Part shown: one piece after another, positions 46,591 to 57,100 of the stretch
Numbering within the stretch: the stretch's first letter is position 1
How the letters are laid out: every line of letters starts with the position of its first letter
DNA from: a virus
Taxonomy: Duplodnaviria; Caudoviricetes
Virus record (IMG/VR): IMGVR_UViG_3300028186_000155
Reading direction: 5' to 3' (one strand)
Length of the DNA: 64,000 nucleotides
Notes under the pieces: model-generated
What the model was told of the DNA's origin: nothing
Databases searched by the model: none
The model's input: only the letters and a program-made list of their open reading frames with translations
Program-made: the position numbers and the translations under genes

Positions 46591-47099
46591 ATCAAATACT
46601 CCGTGACTTTGAATTCTTCAGTTTCCATGATTTCGGTGAACTGCAAACGGTTGACCATCATGTGCATGAAGAAATTCGGGTGCACCTTAACGTCGCAATC
46701 GTAGGTGCCTCGAATGTGAGTTACGCGAATTTTCGATGCTGCCAATTGCGCATCCAGAATCAGACGTGCGCCGCCAATTACCCACGCCCAATCTGTTGGG
46801 GTTTCGAGCAATTCGATAAGGCTCGCCGCTTTTTCTTTTGCCTCTTCCAAAGATTTCACAAACCACACGTGGTGTTCATCGTCAATTTCCGGCGCAGGCC
46901 CTGAACTGATCACGATGTGTGGACGACCGGGTAGCGGACGCCCGCCGAAAGATTCCCACGTTTTGCGCCCCATGATAATTGGGCAACCCATTGTGGCATC
47001 TTTGAACTGCTGCAAATCAGCCGGGAAATGCCAAGGCATAGTGCCATCTTTGCCAATGCCGCCGTCTTCGTCACACGCGAAAATGATTCCAAGTTTCAT
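46587..47099 (-). CDS. folA: dihydrofolate reductase
   Basis: GIGKDGTMPWHFPADLQQFK, IMGRKTWES, PLPGR, VIGG. Confidence 0.95.
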   Translation of the reverse strand: MKLGIIFACDEDGGIGKDGTMPWHFPADLQQFKDATMGCPIIMGRKTWESFGGRPLPGRPHIVISSGPAPEIDDEHHVWFVKSLEEAKEKAASLIELLETPTDWAWVIGGARLILDAQLAASKIRVTHIRGTYDCDVKVHPNFFMHMMVNRLQFTEIMETEEFKVTEYLM

Positions 47100-47371
47100 G
47101 GCAGAATATCCGTATTGAATTGGCCGACGAAAAGATCACCAGCGTGTTGGTTGATTGGGCGTTTAACCCGCACGTGCACCATGCCGCGTTGAACGTGCGC
47201 AGGCGTCACTTTTGGCACCGTGAAATTGTCGGAAATGTTTTCGCGGAATTTCTTGAGCGCCGCTTCATTTCCAAACACCTCAACCTCGCATTCTTTCGAT
47301 GCGCACATGGCAACCAAAAAGACGGTGGCTGCGTCAATGATCGGCTGCTTTTTGTTTTGGTATGGGTTCAT
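47096..47371 (-). CDS. hypothetical protein
   Basis: Operon-coupled ORF. Confidence 0.65.
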   Translation of the reverse strand: MNPYQNKKQPIIDAATVFLVAMCASKECEVEVFGNEAALKKFRENISDNFTVPKVTPAHVQRGMVHVRVKRPINQHAGDLFVGQFNTDILP

Positions 47372-47685
47372 ACGGCACCAACCTTACGCCGTTTTACTTT
47401 TGGCACCTCGATGTATGCCGTTTCCCAATAACCATCCAACTTTTTGTAATCTTCTGGCACGTACTGGGCTTCGGCCACAAACACCGGATTGTCTGCGCAG
47501 AACTGGGCAACTTCGGCCATGTAACGATCTTTTGCCGCCACAACTACCGGGGCGCAACGGTTGATGAAAAACGTTGCCTCTTCCGGCGATCCTGCCAGTT
47601 CGGTGCAGCCGGTTGGACCCGTCCAATCACGGTGGCCGATGGACAGCGCACGTTTCGTGTTATTGCAAACCAAATAAATCTTCAC
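47368..47685 (-). CDS. hypothetical protein
   Basis: Operon-coupled ORF. Confidence 0.65.
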   Translation of the reverse strand: MKIYLVCNNTKRALSIGHRDWTGPTGCTELAGSPEEATFFINRCAPVVVAAKDRYMAEVAQFCADNPVFVAEAQYVPEDYKKLDGYWETAYIEVPKVKRRKVGAV

Positions 47686-48023
47686 TGGAATTTCCCCAAG
47701 ATGGCGAGGCCTTGACGATTGACGTTGGTGATCAGGCGCAAAGGGGCACCTTCTTTGTAGGACAGGTTCGGGATGAAAACCGGCACCGTTTTGTAATAGC
47801 CGACGTGGCCTTCCTCACGCGATTCTGCTTGGAAATAAACGTGGTTCACCAGTTCGTTGTACAGCGGCAGAATCCGCGAAATCATGATGCATTTCAGATC
47901 GGGATTATCCAGCTGTTCGTCGGTCGGCAGTTTCCAGCTGTTGGTCCATGCGTTGGTGTGCTCGTACAGGCGATCAGAAATGTGGCAAGGCATCACTTTG
48001 TTGAGGTTGGCGGTGCGGGTCAT
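47682..48023 (-). CDS. hypothetical protein
   Basis: Operon-coupled ORF. Confidence 0.65.
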   Translation of the reverse strand: MTRTANLNKVMPCHISDRLYEHTNAWTNSWKLPTDEQLDNPDLKCIMISRILPLYNELVNHVYFQAESREEGHVGYYKTVPVFIPNLSYKEGAPLRLITNVNRQGLAILGKFQ

Positions 48024-48301
48024 TTGAAACTCTCCAATTGGTTACGGGTGCCGTCTTGAGAAATCAGGGTGGTTGTTTCGTAGCCGGTTTTTACCAGCGT
48101 GCGCTTGATGGTGAATCTTTCACGCTTCAGCATCCCACGGCGCTGCTGTTCCATGCAGCCAGTTGGCCACACGTTGAGGCTCAACAAAACCTCATGATAA
48201 TCGGCGGAAAGTTCGATCACAGCAGGCCCAAAAATCATGTGGCGGATGAATGCAGCGCGCAGCCGGTCAAATTCTACAGATACGTTTTCTTTACCATCCA
48301 T
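48020..48301 (-). CDS. hypothetical protein
   Basis: Start MDGKEN; operon-coupled. Confidence 0.55.
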   Translation of the reverse strand: MDGKENVSVEFDRLRAAFIRHMIFGPAVIELSADYHEVLLSLNVWPTGCMEQQRRGMLKRERFTIKRTLVKTGYETTTLISQDGTRNQLESFK

Positions 48302-49011
48302 GTGATTGGGTCCGAGTTGTCTGATAGGGCTTTGTGCAGATATTCGTCGGTGTAGACCGGAATACCGCAATAGTCACCAATGTATCCGTTGAAGCTTTTT
48401 TCAACGTTGGCGGCGGTGGCTGTTGCACGCCGGGCAAATTTCGCCATCAAATCTTCATTGGCGTAAAAGTCTGGAACGAACCGGTACGGCAGCAGAATGC
48501 ACTCGACTTTATACGGCCCCTTCACGCCCCACAACGAAAATGGCTTGACGACATTGGCAATATCTTCTGTGCCACCGTCACGCTCAATATGCGCGTAATT
48601 TCTGGCATCTTTGCGTAGGCGATAATACGGCGTGCGTTCCGTTTCCAGTTCGACCGTGAACTGGCCGCCCCACTGCCCGAACAGGCACGGGGAACCAGCC
48701 GGATAGCGGCGATCCTGTGCGGCGAATGCATCGGTGAACAATTCAACCGAATTGCATGTAGCGAAGAAACCACCGCGCATATTTTCTTCGGTCATTGGCG
48801 CCAGCTGAATCGAAGAGTCTTCCAGTGACCAACGGACGATCATTTCGTGATAGCAGGCAGGGACCAAAACGTATGCGGCTTCGTCTGCACAGTGGACAAA
48901 CTCAGATATTCCCCAATCGTTATCCTTCAGGAACAGCGTGTGTCCGTCGCGTGGCAAATCCCAGTAGTTGAATTTGTCAGTTACTGATTTATTCACAGTT
49001 TTCTCACTCAC
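48274..49011 (-). CDS. hypothetical protein with two internal repeats ending in (F/Y)TD motifs
   Basis: GFFATCNSVELFTDAF and GYIGDYCGIPVYTDEY. Confidence 0.65.
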   Translation of the reverse strand: MSEKTVNKSVTDKFNYWDLPRDGHTLFLKDNDWGISEFVHCADEAAYVLVPACYHEMIVRWSLEDSSIQLAPMTEENMRGGFFATCNSVELFTDAFAAQDRRYPAGSPCLFGQWGGQFTVELETERTPYYRLRKDARNYAHIERDGGTEDIANVVKPFSLWGVKGPYKVECILLPYRFVPDFYANEDLMAKFARRATATAANVEKSFNGYIGDYCGIPVYTDEYLHKALSDNSDPITWMVKKTYL

Positions 49012-49460
49012 AGAAAATAGTCGGACAGGTAAGCCTGCGACTGCTTCATTTCTACCTTGTACGGCGTGGGGTCTTGCTCGCAGCTATCGTGGAATTCATC
49101 CCACTTCCACCACAGAACATCGACCAGCCCTTTAGGGGAACCACGGTTCACATAACGTTTGTTGTAATCGAATTTCAGATCACGCGAAGGCCAGAACAAA
49201 ACGTAGGGCAGGCCTGCATTGCGCAACTGTTCGCGCAGCACATCCCACGACGGCAACAAAACGGTAGTGCCCGGAATGGCCAACGACTGGTCAATCAGGC
49301 GCATATATTCCGCCATGTTGAATTTCAGATCCGGGCGATCCAGATCGATAAACGACATGTTGTTTTCTGTGAGTTTGCTTTTGCCGACGCCGGGATATGC
49401 AACGATGATGCGCACGCCCAAAGGCATCCGAAACTCTTCAGGCGTAAGGGTATTCGTCAC
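49008..49460 (-). CDS. small P-loop NTPase/kinase-like protein
   Basis: IIVAYPGVGKS...FIDLD. Confidence 0.7.
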   Translation of the reverse strand: MTNTLTPEEFRMPLGVRIIVAYPGVGKSKLTENNMSFIDLDRPDLKFNMAEYMRLIDQSLAIPGTTVLLPSWDVLREQLRNAGLPYVLFWPSRDLKFDYNKRYVNRGSPKGLVDVLWWKWDEFHDSCEQDPTPYKVEMKQSQAYLSDYFL

Positions 49461-49842
49461 GATATTCTTCCTTTTCTATCAACAAAATTCTGTAAGGGCC
49501 TTCAGGAACATCAGGCAGCATATGCGGTTGCAAAATGTATTTAGGATATTCGGGGCCGTGGTACGCAAGAAACCATGGTGTGCCGTTTGCGTTCATGACC
49601 AGCACACATTCTTCGGTAGGCCATTCGGCTTGCACCCGGCTGGTTACGCGCATTCCGTTTTCTCGCGCAATTTTCCAAGCCGTTTGGTGCACATCGGCCA
49701 CCGGCATGTAATCAAGTTTCCTGCGTATTTCATACGAAAAAGCATCAGCTTCTTTTTCTCGGCGCCAGTCACGTTGAAACTTACAATCGACCAACGCAAA
49801 CGCATACGCACAGCCCAAACTAAACGCCGCGACCGGCAGCAT
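49438..49842 (-). CDS. hypothetical protein
   Basis: Operon-coupled ORF. Confidence 0.6.
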   Translation of the reverse strand: MLPVAAFSLGCAYAFALVDCKFQRDWRREKEADAFSYEIRRKLDYMPVADVHQTAWKIARENGMRVTSRVQAEWPTEECVLVMNANGTPWFLAYHGPEYPKYILQPHMLPDVPEGPYRILLIEKEEYRDEYPYA

Positions 49843-50258
49843 TAGTGCAGCGTCTCGCCGTCTGATTCAGGCCGGGCAATTCCCATGGCGGTCAAAATCA
49901 GCAATTTCTGATCCGGGTTATTGGTTGGGGAAACCGAGGGGTCCGGCGACATGGATTGACCACTACACATTGCGCCCAGTACAGGCGTATCACCGGGCAG
50001 GCTGAAGAACAGCGCATCACGCCCGTCAAAATCCGCCATGAATTCGTTATACGTTGCATCACGCCCGAAAATCTGCCGGTAGTTTCCCACTGCAATTTCG
50101 TAGGCACGGGCGAAAATCGTATCGTGGTCGTACTGCGCCAGTTCCTCGGTTACGCCACGCAGATAGGCCTGATCGGCGTCGGCTTTGCCGCACAGCAGGG
50201 TCAACGCGAATGCCACGGTTCCGATTGGCAATTCCGTGGCGAATTTAACTCCGTTCAT
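49842..50258 (-). CDS. hypothetical protein
   Basis: Operon-coupled ORF. Confidence 0.65.
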   Translation of the reverse strand: MNGVKFATELPIGTVAFALTLLCGKADADQAYLRGVTEELAQYDHDTIFARAYEIAVGNYRQIFGRDATYNEFMADFDGRDALFFSLPGDTPVLGAMCSGQSMSPDPSVSPTNNPDQKLLILTAMGIARPESDGETLH

Positions 50259-50629
50259 TTCACAATCCTTAACGGTTGGTGCACGATGGTAATTGGTGGG
50301 TTAAGGCGGTCGTCGTGTCCCGCATAACATTCATTAAAATTCGGGTAACGCTGATTGCCTTCCGAGAATGCGTCGGTGTAAATGTGCACACCGTGTTTGA
50401 TTCCCACAGGCCATTCACCGGACGCAAACATAACCATGTCGCTAACTGTGCTGATGATATTCCCTTGGAGGATCAAACCACGCCAGTGCACAACAGGAAT
50501 AAACACTGCCTGCTTATCCTTTACGGTTTCCCAAAAAGTATCCAGCTTGAGGCCAAGCGGCGGGCGCCACTCGGTCCTCATGCCTTTCAAATTGCGGAAC
50601 CGGAATGGATCTTCTACCGGTCTAGACAT
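50255..50629 (-). CDS. hypothetical protein related to the 48274 repeats
   Basis: GIKHGVHIYTDAF...RYP. Confidence 0.65.
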   Translation of the reverse strand: MSRPVEDPFRFRNLKGMRTEWRPPLGLKLDTFWETVKDKQAVFIPVVHWRGLILQGNIISTVSDMVMFASGEWPVGIKHGVHIYTDAFSEGNQRYPNFNECYAGHDDRLNPPITIVHQPLRIVK

Positions 50630-51889
50630 TTAGTTTCCTGCAATTGGTGCTTTGATCGATTCATAGGATTCGTAACCGACCAGATTCACGTCTTCGACTC
50701 GGATATTCAGAATCGAATTGACCGGGCCACAGGTGATTTCCAGTTGCGGCGCCTTGTGGATGATCGGACGCGAAAGCTGTTCGCGAACCTGATCCTGATG
50801 GTTTGCGTAAATGTGCGCGTCACCCTCGGTCACATGGAAATAACGGGCAGTCAAACCATGCGCATGCGCCAGCATGTGGGTGAGCATTGCATACTGCGCA
50901 ACGTTGAACGGCATTCCGAGGAAAATGTCATTCGAACGCAGGAACAGTTTGCAGTCGAGGTAGTATTTACCGTTTTCATCTTTTTGGCTGCTGACGTACC
51001 ACTGTGCCAGCGTGTGGCAAGGCGGCAACGACATTTCGTCCAGCTGTGCAACGTTCCAGCCTGTCAGAATGATGCGACGACCACCGCTGTGTTTTGCAAT
51101 CTCGCCGTTATGGAAACGGATTTCGTTAAAGATCGCATCCTCAACCATTTCAATCTGGTCAACTTCACGACGAATAACGATTTGGTTGGAGTCTTCAAAC
51201 CCGGTGTAACGGAAATTGCGGGCGCCCCATTTTTTGAAGAAATCGTCGTTGTACGCACCAGCAGCCGGGATGATCCGAATGTCTTCCCACGTGCGCCACT
51301 GCTTGCCGTAGATCGGACCCAAATCGCCGTCAACCAATTGCTTGTCTGGAATTCCCCAGTTATTCAGCTTGTTGCTCAACGCTTCTTCAATTTCAATGGA
51401 ATCTTTGGTGGGCTGTTGCGCCAGCACTTCAGCACGGAATGCATTGAACTGTTCACGCTGCTGGGGAGACAGCATTTTGATGCGGTCTTCGTTCCAGATT
51501 TTTCCGTAAACCTCGGTGCCCGGTTTGACGTTCTGGTCCCAAATCCGCACGCCCTGTTCTTTCAGCGTTTTCAGATCGAATTTGCCTTTGAGCATCCAAT
51601 CAATCGTTTCGATTTTCATGGTTTTGAATGCGAGTTTCTTGCCGGTGATTGCGCAGAAATTCCGGCGCAAATCAAATTTCATGTTCACGTCACCGAACAG
51701 GCTGATGGTGCCGGTTTTGGTGCGGTCGTCGCGGCGCTCGCCCTCTTCCAGAATGCGTTGGAGCCAGTAGTTGTATTGGTGATCGAATTGGTTATCCCAA
51801 AACGAAACTTCCTCGGGACCGCTGGCCGGTGCTTCGCCCTGCGTGCGGAAATAGTCGTGGCGCCCGTTGTAATCGATACCGTCACTCAT
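50630..51889 (-). CDS. thyA: thymidylate synthase (ThyA) with insertions
   Basis: DRTKTGT, DLGPIYGKQWR, LPPCH, RSNDIFLGMPFNVAQY, GDAHIY.NH. Confidence 0.95.
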   Translation of the reverse strand: MSDGIDYNGRHDYFRTQGEAPASGPEEVSFWDNQFDHQYNYWLQRILEEGERRDDRTKTGTISLFGDVNMKFDLRRNFCAITGKKLAFKTMKIETIDWMLKGKFDLKTLKEQGVRIWDQNVKPGTEVYGKIWNEDRIKMLSPQQREQFNAFRAEVLAQQPTKDSIEIEEALSNKLNNWGIPDKQLVDGDLGPIYGKQWRTWEDIRIIPAAGAYNDDFFKKWGARNFRYTGFEDSNQIVIRREVDQIEMVEDAIFNEIRFHNGEIAKHSGGRRIILTGWNVAQLDEMSLPPCHTLAQWYVSSQKDENGKYYLDCKLFLRSNDIFLGMPFNVAQYAMLTHMLAHAHGLTARYFHVTEGDAHIYANHQDQVREQLSRPIIHKAPQLEITCGPVNSILNIRVEDVNLVGYESYESIKAPIAGN

Positions 51890-51920
51890 TTAAAACGTCT
51901 CCTTTGCTGCCTGTTGTGAG

Positions 51921-51952
51921 TAATTTAACGTATATGCATTGTTTACAGTATT
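51921..51952. promoter_or_regulatory. divergent control region: TAATTT (+, toward baseplate genes) and AATACTGTAAACAAT (-, toward thyA)
   Basis: Both recurring motifs occur within an 84-bp divergent gap. Confidence 0.55.
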
Positions 51953-51973
51953 CCACGCACGGGGGAACCACGC

Positions 51974-52267
51974 ATGGGACAACCTAACGTTCGACTCAAC
52001 ACCGACAAATCCAGCGGGCACGGCTGCTGGCCTCCCACGCTGCCTGTAGCGGCCTCGATGAATGTTTTTTGCAACGGTTTGGCCGAGGTGCGGGTAGGTG
52101 ATGCCTACATGACGCATTGCTGCCCCTCGAAAGGCTGTCACCAAGGCAAAGCAGCAACCGGCGCCGTGCGCACGTTCACCAATGGGCGGTTAGTTCACAC
52201 GCTGGGCGGCGCCATTGATTGCGGCGACTTCGCACAGAACGGCAGCCCCAACGTTTTTTCGGGATAA
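51974..52267 (+). CDS. PAAR-like spike tip protein (T4 gp5.4-like)
   Basis: GHGCWPP...NVFCNG..VRVGD..THCC...GSPNVF. Confidence 0.9.
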   Translation: MGQPNVRLNTDKSSGHGCWPPTLPVAASMNVFCNGLAEVRVGDAYMTHCCPSKGCHQGKAATGAVRTFTNGRLVHTLGGAIDCGDFAQNGSPNVFSG

Positions 52268-52270
52268 ACC

Positions 52271-52657
52271 ATGGCACAGAAAACTTACAAATATTCGGAC
52301 GTAAACCTTTACGCCGACCGCACACAAAAGGCCGTGGTTTTCGATGAAGATTCGGTCAACCAAAATATCATGATGATCCTCACGACGCCGATCCGAAGTG
52401 CGTGGTTTAACCCGTCAATCGGTTGCCTGATTCAGGAACTGCTGTTCGATCAGGTGGACGATATCACCGCCGACAAAATCAAAGATGAAATCACCAGCGT
52501 TCTCCCACGCAACATGGAAACGCGGGTAATTGTTACGGGCTGCGTTGTGACGCCGATGCCTGACGACAATATGTATTACGTGGCTCTGCGCTACGACGCG
52601 CCAGACCTCAACAAAACGGCCATTGTTTTTAACTTCAACCTCGGTATGTCATTATGA
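52271..52657 (+). CDS. baseplate wedge protein, gp25-like
   Basis: YSDV...SVNQNIMMILTT....WFNPSIG.....LLFD...ETRV. Confidence 0.85.
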   Translation: MAQKTYKYSDVNLYADRTQKAVVFDEDSVNQNIMMILTTPIRSAWFNPSIGCLIQELLFDQVDDITADKIKDEITSVLPRNMETRVIVTGCVVTPMPDDNMYYVALRYDAPDLNKTAIVFNFNLGMSL

Positions 52658-54111
52658 GTGATCGTGATATTTTCCCCACGTCGATTGTCGATATCGATGA
52701 AGCTGCGCTTTTCTTTGCAGAAAAGTTGAAAGAATCGGGCGCTTGGGATGACATGCTGCCCACTAACGTTGGTGCCCACATTCAGCGTATTTGGTCCGGT
52801 TCTGCCGTGGGCCATCAGCACGCAATTCAGATGGCGGCACGTAACGCATTTTTCCAGACTGCAAATCGGGATACCTCGATCTACGCGCTGACCCGTGGCC
52901 ACGGTGTTTTCATGGCCCGGCGTGCAGGTGCCTCGGCAACTGTGAAAATGCGCAACGGCTACCAAAGCACCATGTTTGTTCCGCCCTTCAGCCAGCACGT
53001 TGTTGGTTCGGTGCCGTTCTACAATCCGACGCAGTATTACGTGATTTCCGGTCAAGAAACTGAAACCATTTTGAGCCAAGGCACGGTCAAAACCAAAACG
53101 TTTGACCTCGACACAATCGACAATCTCGACCTGTACGAATTCCTGCTGGGTGAGCCGGGTTTCAACGTGAGTGCAGAACTCTACGTTTACACCACCGACA
53201 AAAACACGGGCAACACCCGCAATTGGGAAGAAACCCAAAAGGGCATGTACGAATACACGGCGGATGATTTCGTGTATTTCCATAGCACCACAGCCAACGG
53301 TGATGTATCGCTGATTTTCGGCACTGGCGAATATGGTGCACGCCTGCCACGTAAAACCACGCTGACCATCCGTTACGTGACGAACGAAGGCACCAAACAC
53401 AACGAAATTTTGAGCGGTGTGCGTACTACCTTTGTGGCCCAGCCAATGATTCAGGGCGAAACCACGGAAACCACCGAGGGCGGCGCAGATCCCAAACCTG
53501 CATCGTTTTATCGCCAGTATGCGCCTGTGCTGTACCGGGCAAAAGACAAGCTGATCAGTCACGAAGATATCGCGGCTGCTGTGAAACTTTATCCGGGCGT
53601 TGCGGACTGTGCTGTTTTGGGCCAGCGGGATATCGCACCAGAAGACAAAACGTGGATGAACACAATCCGCATTTGTGTGCTGCCGCGTAACACGCCAACT
53701 TGGGGCGGTGCTAACCCGAACCCTAAATCGGCATCGTGGCAAAACTTTATCAAATGGTTGGGGCCAAAACTGCATGGCAACCTCGAAGTTCAAGCGTGGA
53801 ACCCTACGCAAGTTTTCGTGAAGGTTCAGGTGCAGATTGCGTTCTTTGCCTACGCAGCCGCCGATATCGATAAGCTGGTGCAGACCATCGAGGAACGCAT
53901 CTACAAACTGTTCGAAAAACGTCACGGAATTCTCAAACGTCGTGTGTCGAAATCCGACATTGAAAAAGCCTGCCGAATCGACGGTGTGGACTATATCGAA
54001 GTGCTCAGCCCTACCGAACGTTCGATCATTCTGGATGATCCGACTTCCTATTGTGTGCTGGCAGAAAAGCCGTTGATTATCCCTTCCATTTCGGAGCGGA
54101 ATGATGAATAA
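52654..54111 (+). CDS. baseplate wedge protein, T4 gp6/J-like
   Basis: TA.RDTSIY, LIFGTGEYG, GGADP, follows gp25. Confidence 0.8.
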   Translation: MSDRDIFPTSIVDIDEAALFFAEKLKESGAWDDMLPTNVGAHIQRIWSGSAVGHQHAIQMAARNAFFQTANRDTSIYALTRGHGVFMARRAGASATVKMRNGYQSTMFVPPFSQHVVGSVPFYNPTQYYVISGQETETILSQGTVKTKTFDLDTIDNLDLYEFLLGEPGFNVSAELYVYTTDKNTGNTRNWEETQKGMYEYTADDFVYFHSTTANGDVSLIFGTGEYGARLPRKTTLTIRYVTNEGTKHNEILSGVRTTFVAQPMIQGETTETTEGGADPKPASFYRQYAPVLYRAKDKLISHEDIAAAVKLYPGVADCAVLGQRDIAPEDKTWMNTIRICVLPRNTPTWGGANPNPKSASWQNFIKWLGPKLHGNLEVQAWNPTQVFVKVQVQIAFFAYAAADIDKLVQTIEERIYKLFEKRHGILKRRVSKSDIEKACRIDGVDYIEVLSPTERSIILDDPTSYCVLAEKPLIIPSISERNDE

Positions 54112-57100
54112 GATTGATTTTTCCGAACTCGATATTGAGTTCATCCGGTCACAGCCGATTTGGGCCGCACTGCTGGAAGCGATCCAAGAATTTGTGACGG
54201 TGCAAGTGCGTGACCCGCTGCAACAAGTTTTGGATATTCGCGACCTGTCGGCCCAAACGCCACAAGTTTTCATGAAACAGGCAATTGCCGACCTCGGTAT
54301 CACGTTGCCGCCTGACCTCGTTGTCGATCCAGAACGTTTGTACAATTCCGCGTACATGCTGCCATTGATCCACCAAGTAACAGGCCTCGATTCCGCCACG
54401 CGGATGATTGCCTATCTGCTGGGTCGCCGGGTTGTTTCTTACGAACTTTACACCGAAGATTATGTGACGTTTTACGAAGAGCCGCTGGGTGCCCTGCGTA
54501 TCGACGGCGGCACGTGGTACAAGGTGACGCATATCAATCTGGAAATGCAGAAAATTCCTGCTGACCAGAATATCGTGCTGCCTACCGGAACCACGCTCAA
54601 AGACAAATTTTTGTCTGCATTCTGGTCGCTGGCGCCAATCAATCTGGTGATCGACCAATTCTTCTTCAGCATTGAAGTGGAAAACCAAGAAGATTTCGGC
54701 CTTCAGGGCGTGGTGTATCGCCAGCCCGTTCGCCGGTTGGTGGCCGATGCGGATTATTCGTTGGAAAATGCTGTTTTCACCATCGAAGGTCCAGACTCGG
54801 TGAACAGCGGGGAATCCGCAACCTATCGGGTTATGGCAAAGCATCAGGAATTCGAAACCAACGAATGGACCTCGACCGCTCCGGGCCTTGTTTCGGTCAA
54901 TCAGGGGCATGCCAGTTTCTCGGGTTTTGAAACCGATTCGCTAGTTACCTTGAGCGCCACCATTCGCGGGCAAACCATCACCAAAAACGTGAATGTTTGG
55001 ATCGGCATGCAGGATATTCGCATGCTTGAAATCATTGGCCCCGATGAATTGCTCTCGACGCAAACCGGTGACTATGCGGTGGTCGTGCACCACTCGACGG
55101 GTTCTGATGTAATTCCGGTGGACCTGAAGGTTTTGTCGCCGTTCGCTTACTTCGTGGGTAACACGCTGCACGGGCGTAACCTGACAGCGGATCAGGAAGT
55201 GATTATTCACTGCAAAACTACGATCAACCAAATCGAATACCCGGCATCCAAACACGTCAAACTGAAATACGTTGATCCGTCCGTTTATTTGACTGCGCTT
55301 TCTATCAGCGGTGAGAACCGTTTGAAAGAAGGTTCGGCCACGCAAATGTACGCAACCGCGCATTTCTCGGACGGTTCCAGCGTTGATGTTATTTCCGATT
55401 GGAAGTGCACCAGCCCCGTCGCAGAAATCGACAACGGTCTGGTTTCTACCCGGCTTGTTTCGGGTGAAACGACTGCACAAATCACGGCGCAATATGGTTT
55501 CCGCCAAGTGGTTATGGAAGCCCAGCACGATATCACGGTTTATCCTGAATTCTTGCAGCTGGCGGAACTGGTCATTATCGGTCCTAGCACCGTGAATGAA
55601 ATGGAAAAGGCCAGTTATACCTGCATGGCCGTAATGTCTGATGGTTCCTCGACCACCGTGGTTCCCGAATGGTTTACCACCGAGTTTTCCATTACGCCAC
55701 AAGGCACGCTGTACGCGGGTATGGTGCGCGATCAACTCAATGCGGAAATTCGTGCACAATATCAGGGAATTACTCAGGTATTCCCAGTGACCATTCAGCG
55801 CCCAGCCGTTACGCTGCAACAGTTGCTGATCATGGGGCCGGATTCGGTACGTGTTGGAAATATCAACACCTATCTGGCATACGCGCAGTACACCGACGGG
55901 CGCATTATCCCCATTCAGCCGATTTGGGCACTCAATCCAGAAATGGACTGGGCAACCTTGATCGATGGGGAATTGCTGATTGACGAACCGGAAGAATCGT
56001 TGATCAACCTGCAAATTTCCTATGTGGAAAACGGGCGTTCTTACCAGCAGACGAAAACCATTGTTTGCCAGTCTACGCGCAACAGCATTACCGGCCTTCT
56101 GATCACTGGCCCTGACGCAGTTGATTCGCTGGATCGAATCGTTTTGACCGCGACCGCAATGTATGAAGATGGTTCTTTTGCCACGGTGCATCCGCAGTGG
56201 GAAATCTACACGCTCGATACCAATGCCGATTTTGTGGCTGCTGATATTGGCGGTTATGGCGTGGTTACTGGGCGCCCGGTTGATTACGATATGCAGGTTA
56301 TGGTGCGTGCGACGTATTTCCGCGAAGTGGCGGAATATCCGGTGACTGTGCGTTATGTGGCGCCCAAAGGCCCTGACGTTCCGGTATCAAGTCGTATCAT
56401 TGGCAATTCCGTGATTTACTCGACACAAATTGCCTCGTTTAGCCAAGCGATTCTGTTCAAAAACTGCACCAATGAATTGTTGGTTAGTAGCGATTGGACG
56501 GTCGATAACGAAAACGTAATTGTCGATGAAAACGGCTTCGTTACCTGCAAACTGAATCAGGATCTACAGTTCACCATTACTGCCGTTTGGTCGTGTGGTG
56601 GCTATACCGTTACTGACAGCATGGCGGTTACGGTGGTGCCGGTCGATGCGGCTTATATCGGCCTTGGAATCACTGGCCCCGACACAATTCAAATCGGGGT
56701 AAAAGAGCGATTCAGTGCCGAAGCCTACACACCAGATACCGGCATTGTGGCGGGCCAAGGAATCAACGTTACGCCGCAATGGCAAATCATTACCGACGCA
56801 TTGAATTTGCACATGTTTGCCGATGGTAACGTGCTGGTGCAGGGCGCGGTAGTAAATCAAACGTTTACCATTGCTGCTGAATTCACCTACGAAAACACCG
56901 TGGTGCAAGGAACTAAAACCGTGCTGGTCTTGGGTAGTGGTCCGGTTTATTGCACAGGGCAGGCAGAAGTGGTGGATGATTACGGCACGCTGTTTGAACA
57001 AGCAATCGGTGTTTCCGACGATTCGTTCCGTGATGATTTCGTGGGCTACGGTTATTTCATGGTGCCAACTGTTTTCGGTCCTGTGAAGTTTATCGACGTG

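Noticed and set aside
46587-51889. DNA base hypermodification pathway (ThyA homologue plus kinase)
   Set aside because: ThyA keeps the canonical dUMP-type PFN motif and is paired with DHFR; no glycosyltransferase or other modifying enzyme is recognisable here
50276-54399. Long antisense ORFs (50276-51919 +, 52591-54399 -; likewise 40558-42144 - and 54941-56191 -)
   Set aside because: Shadows of well-supported genes on the opposite strand, with no recognisable motifs
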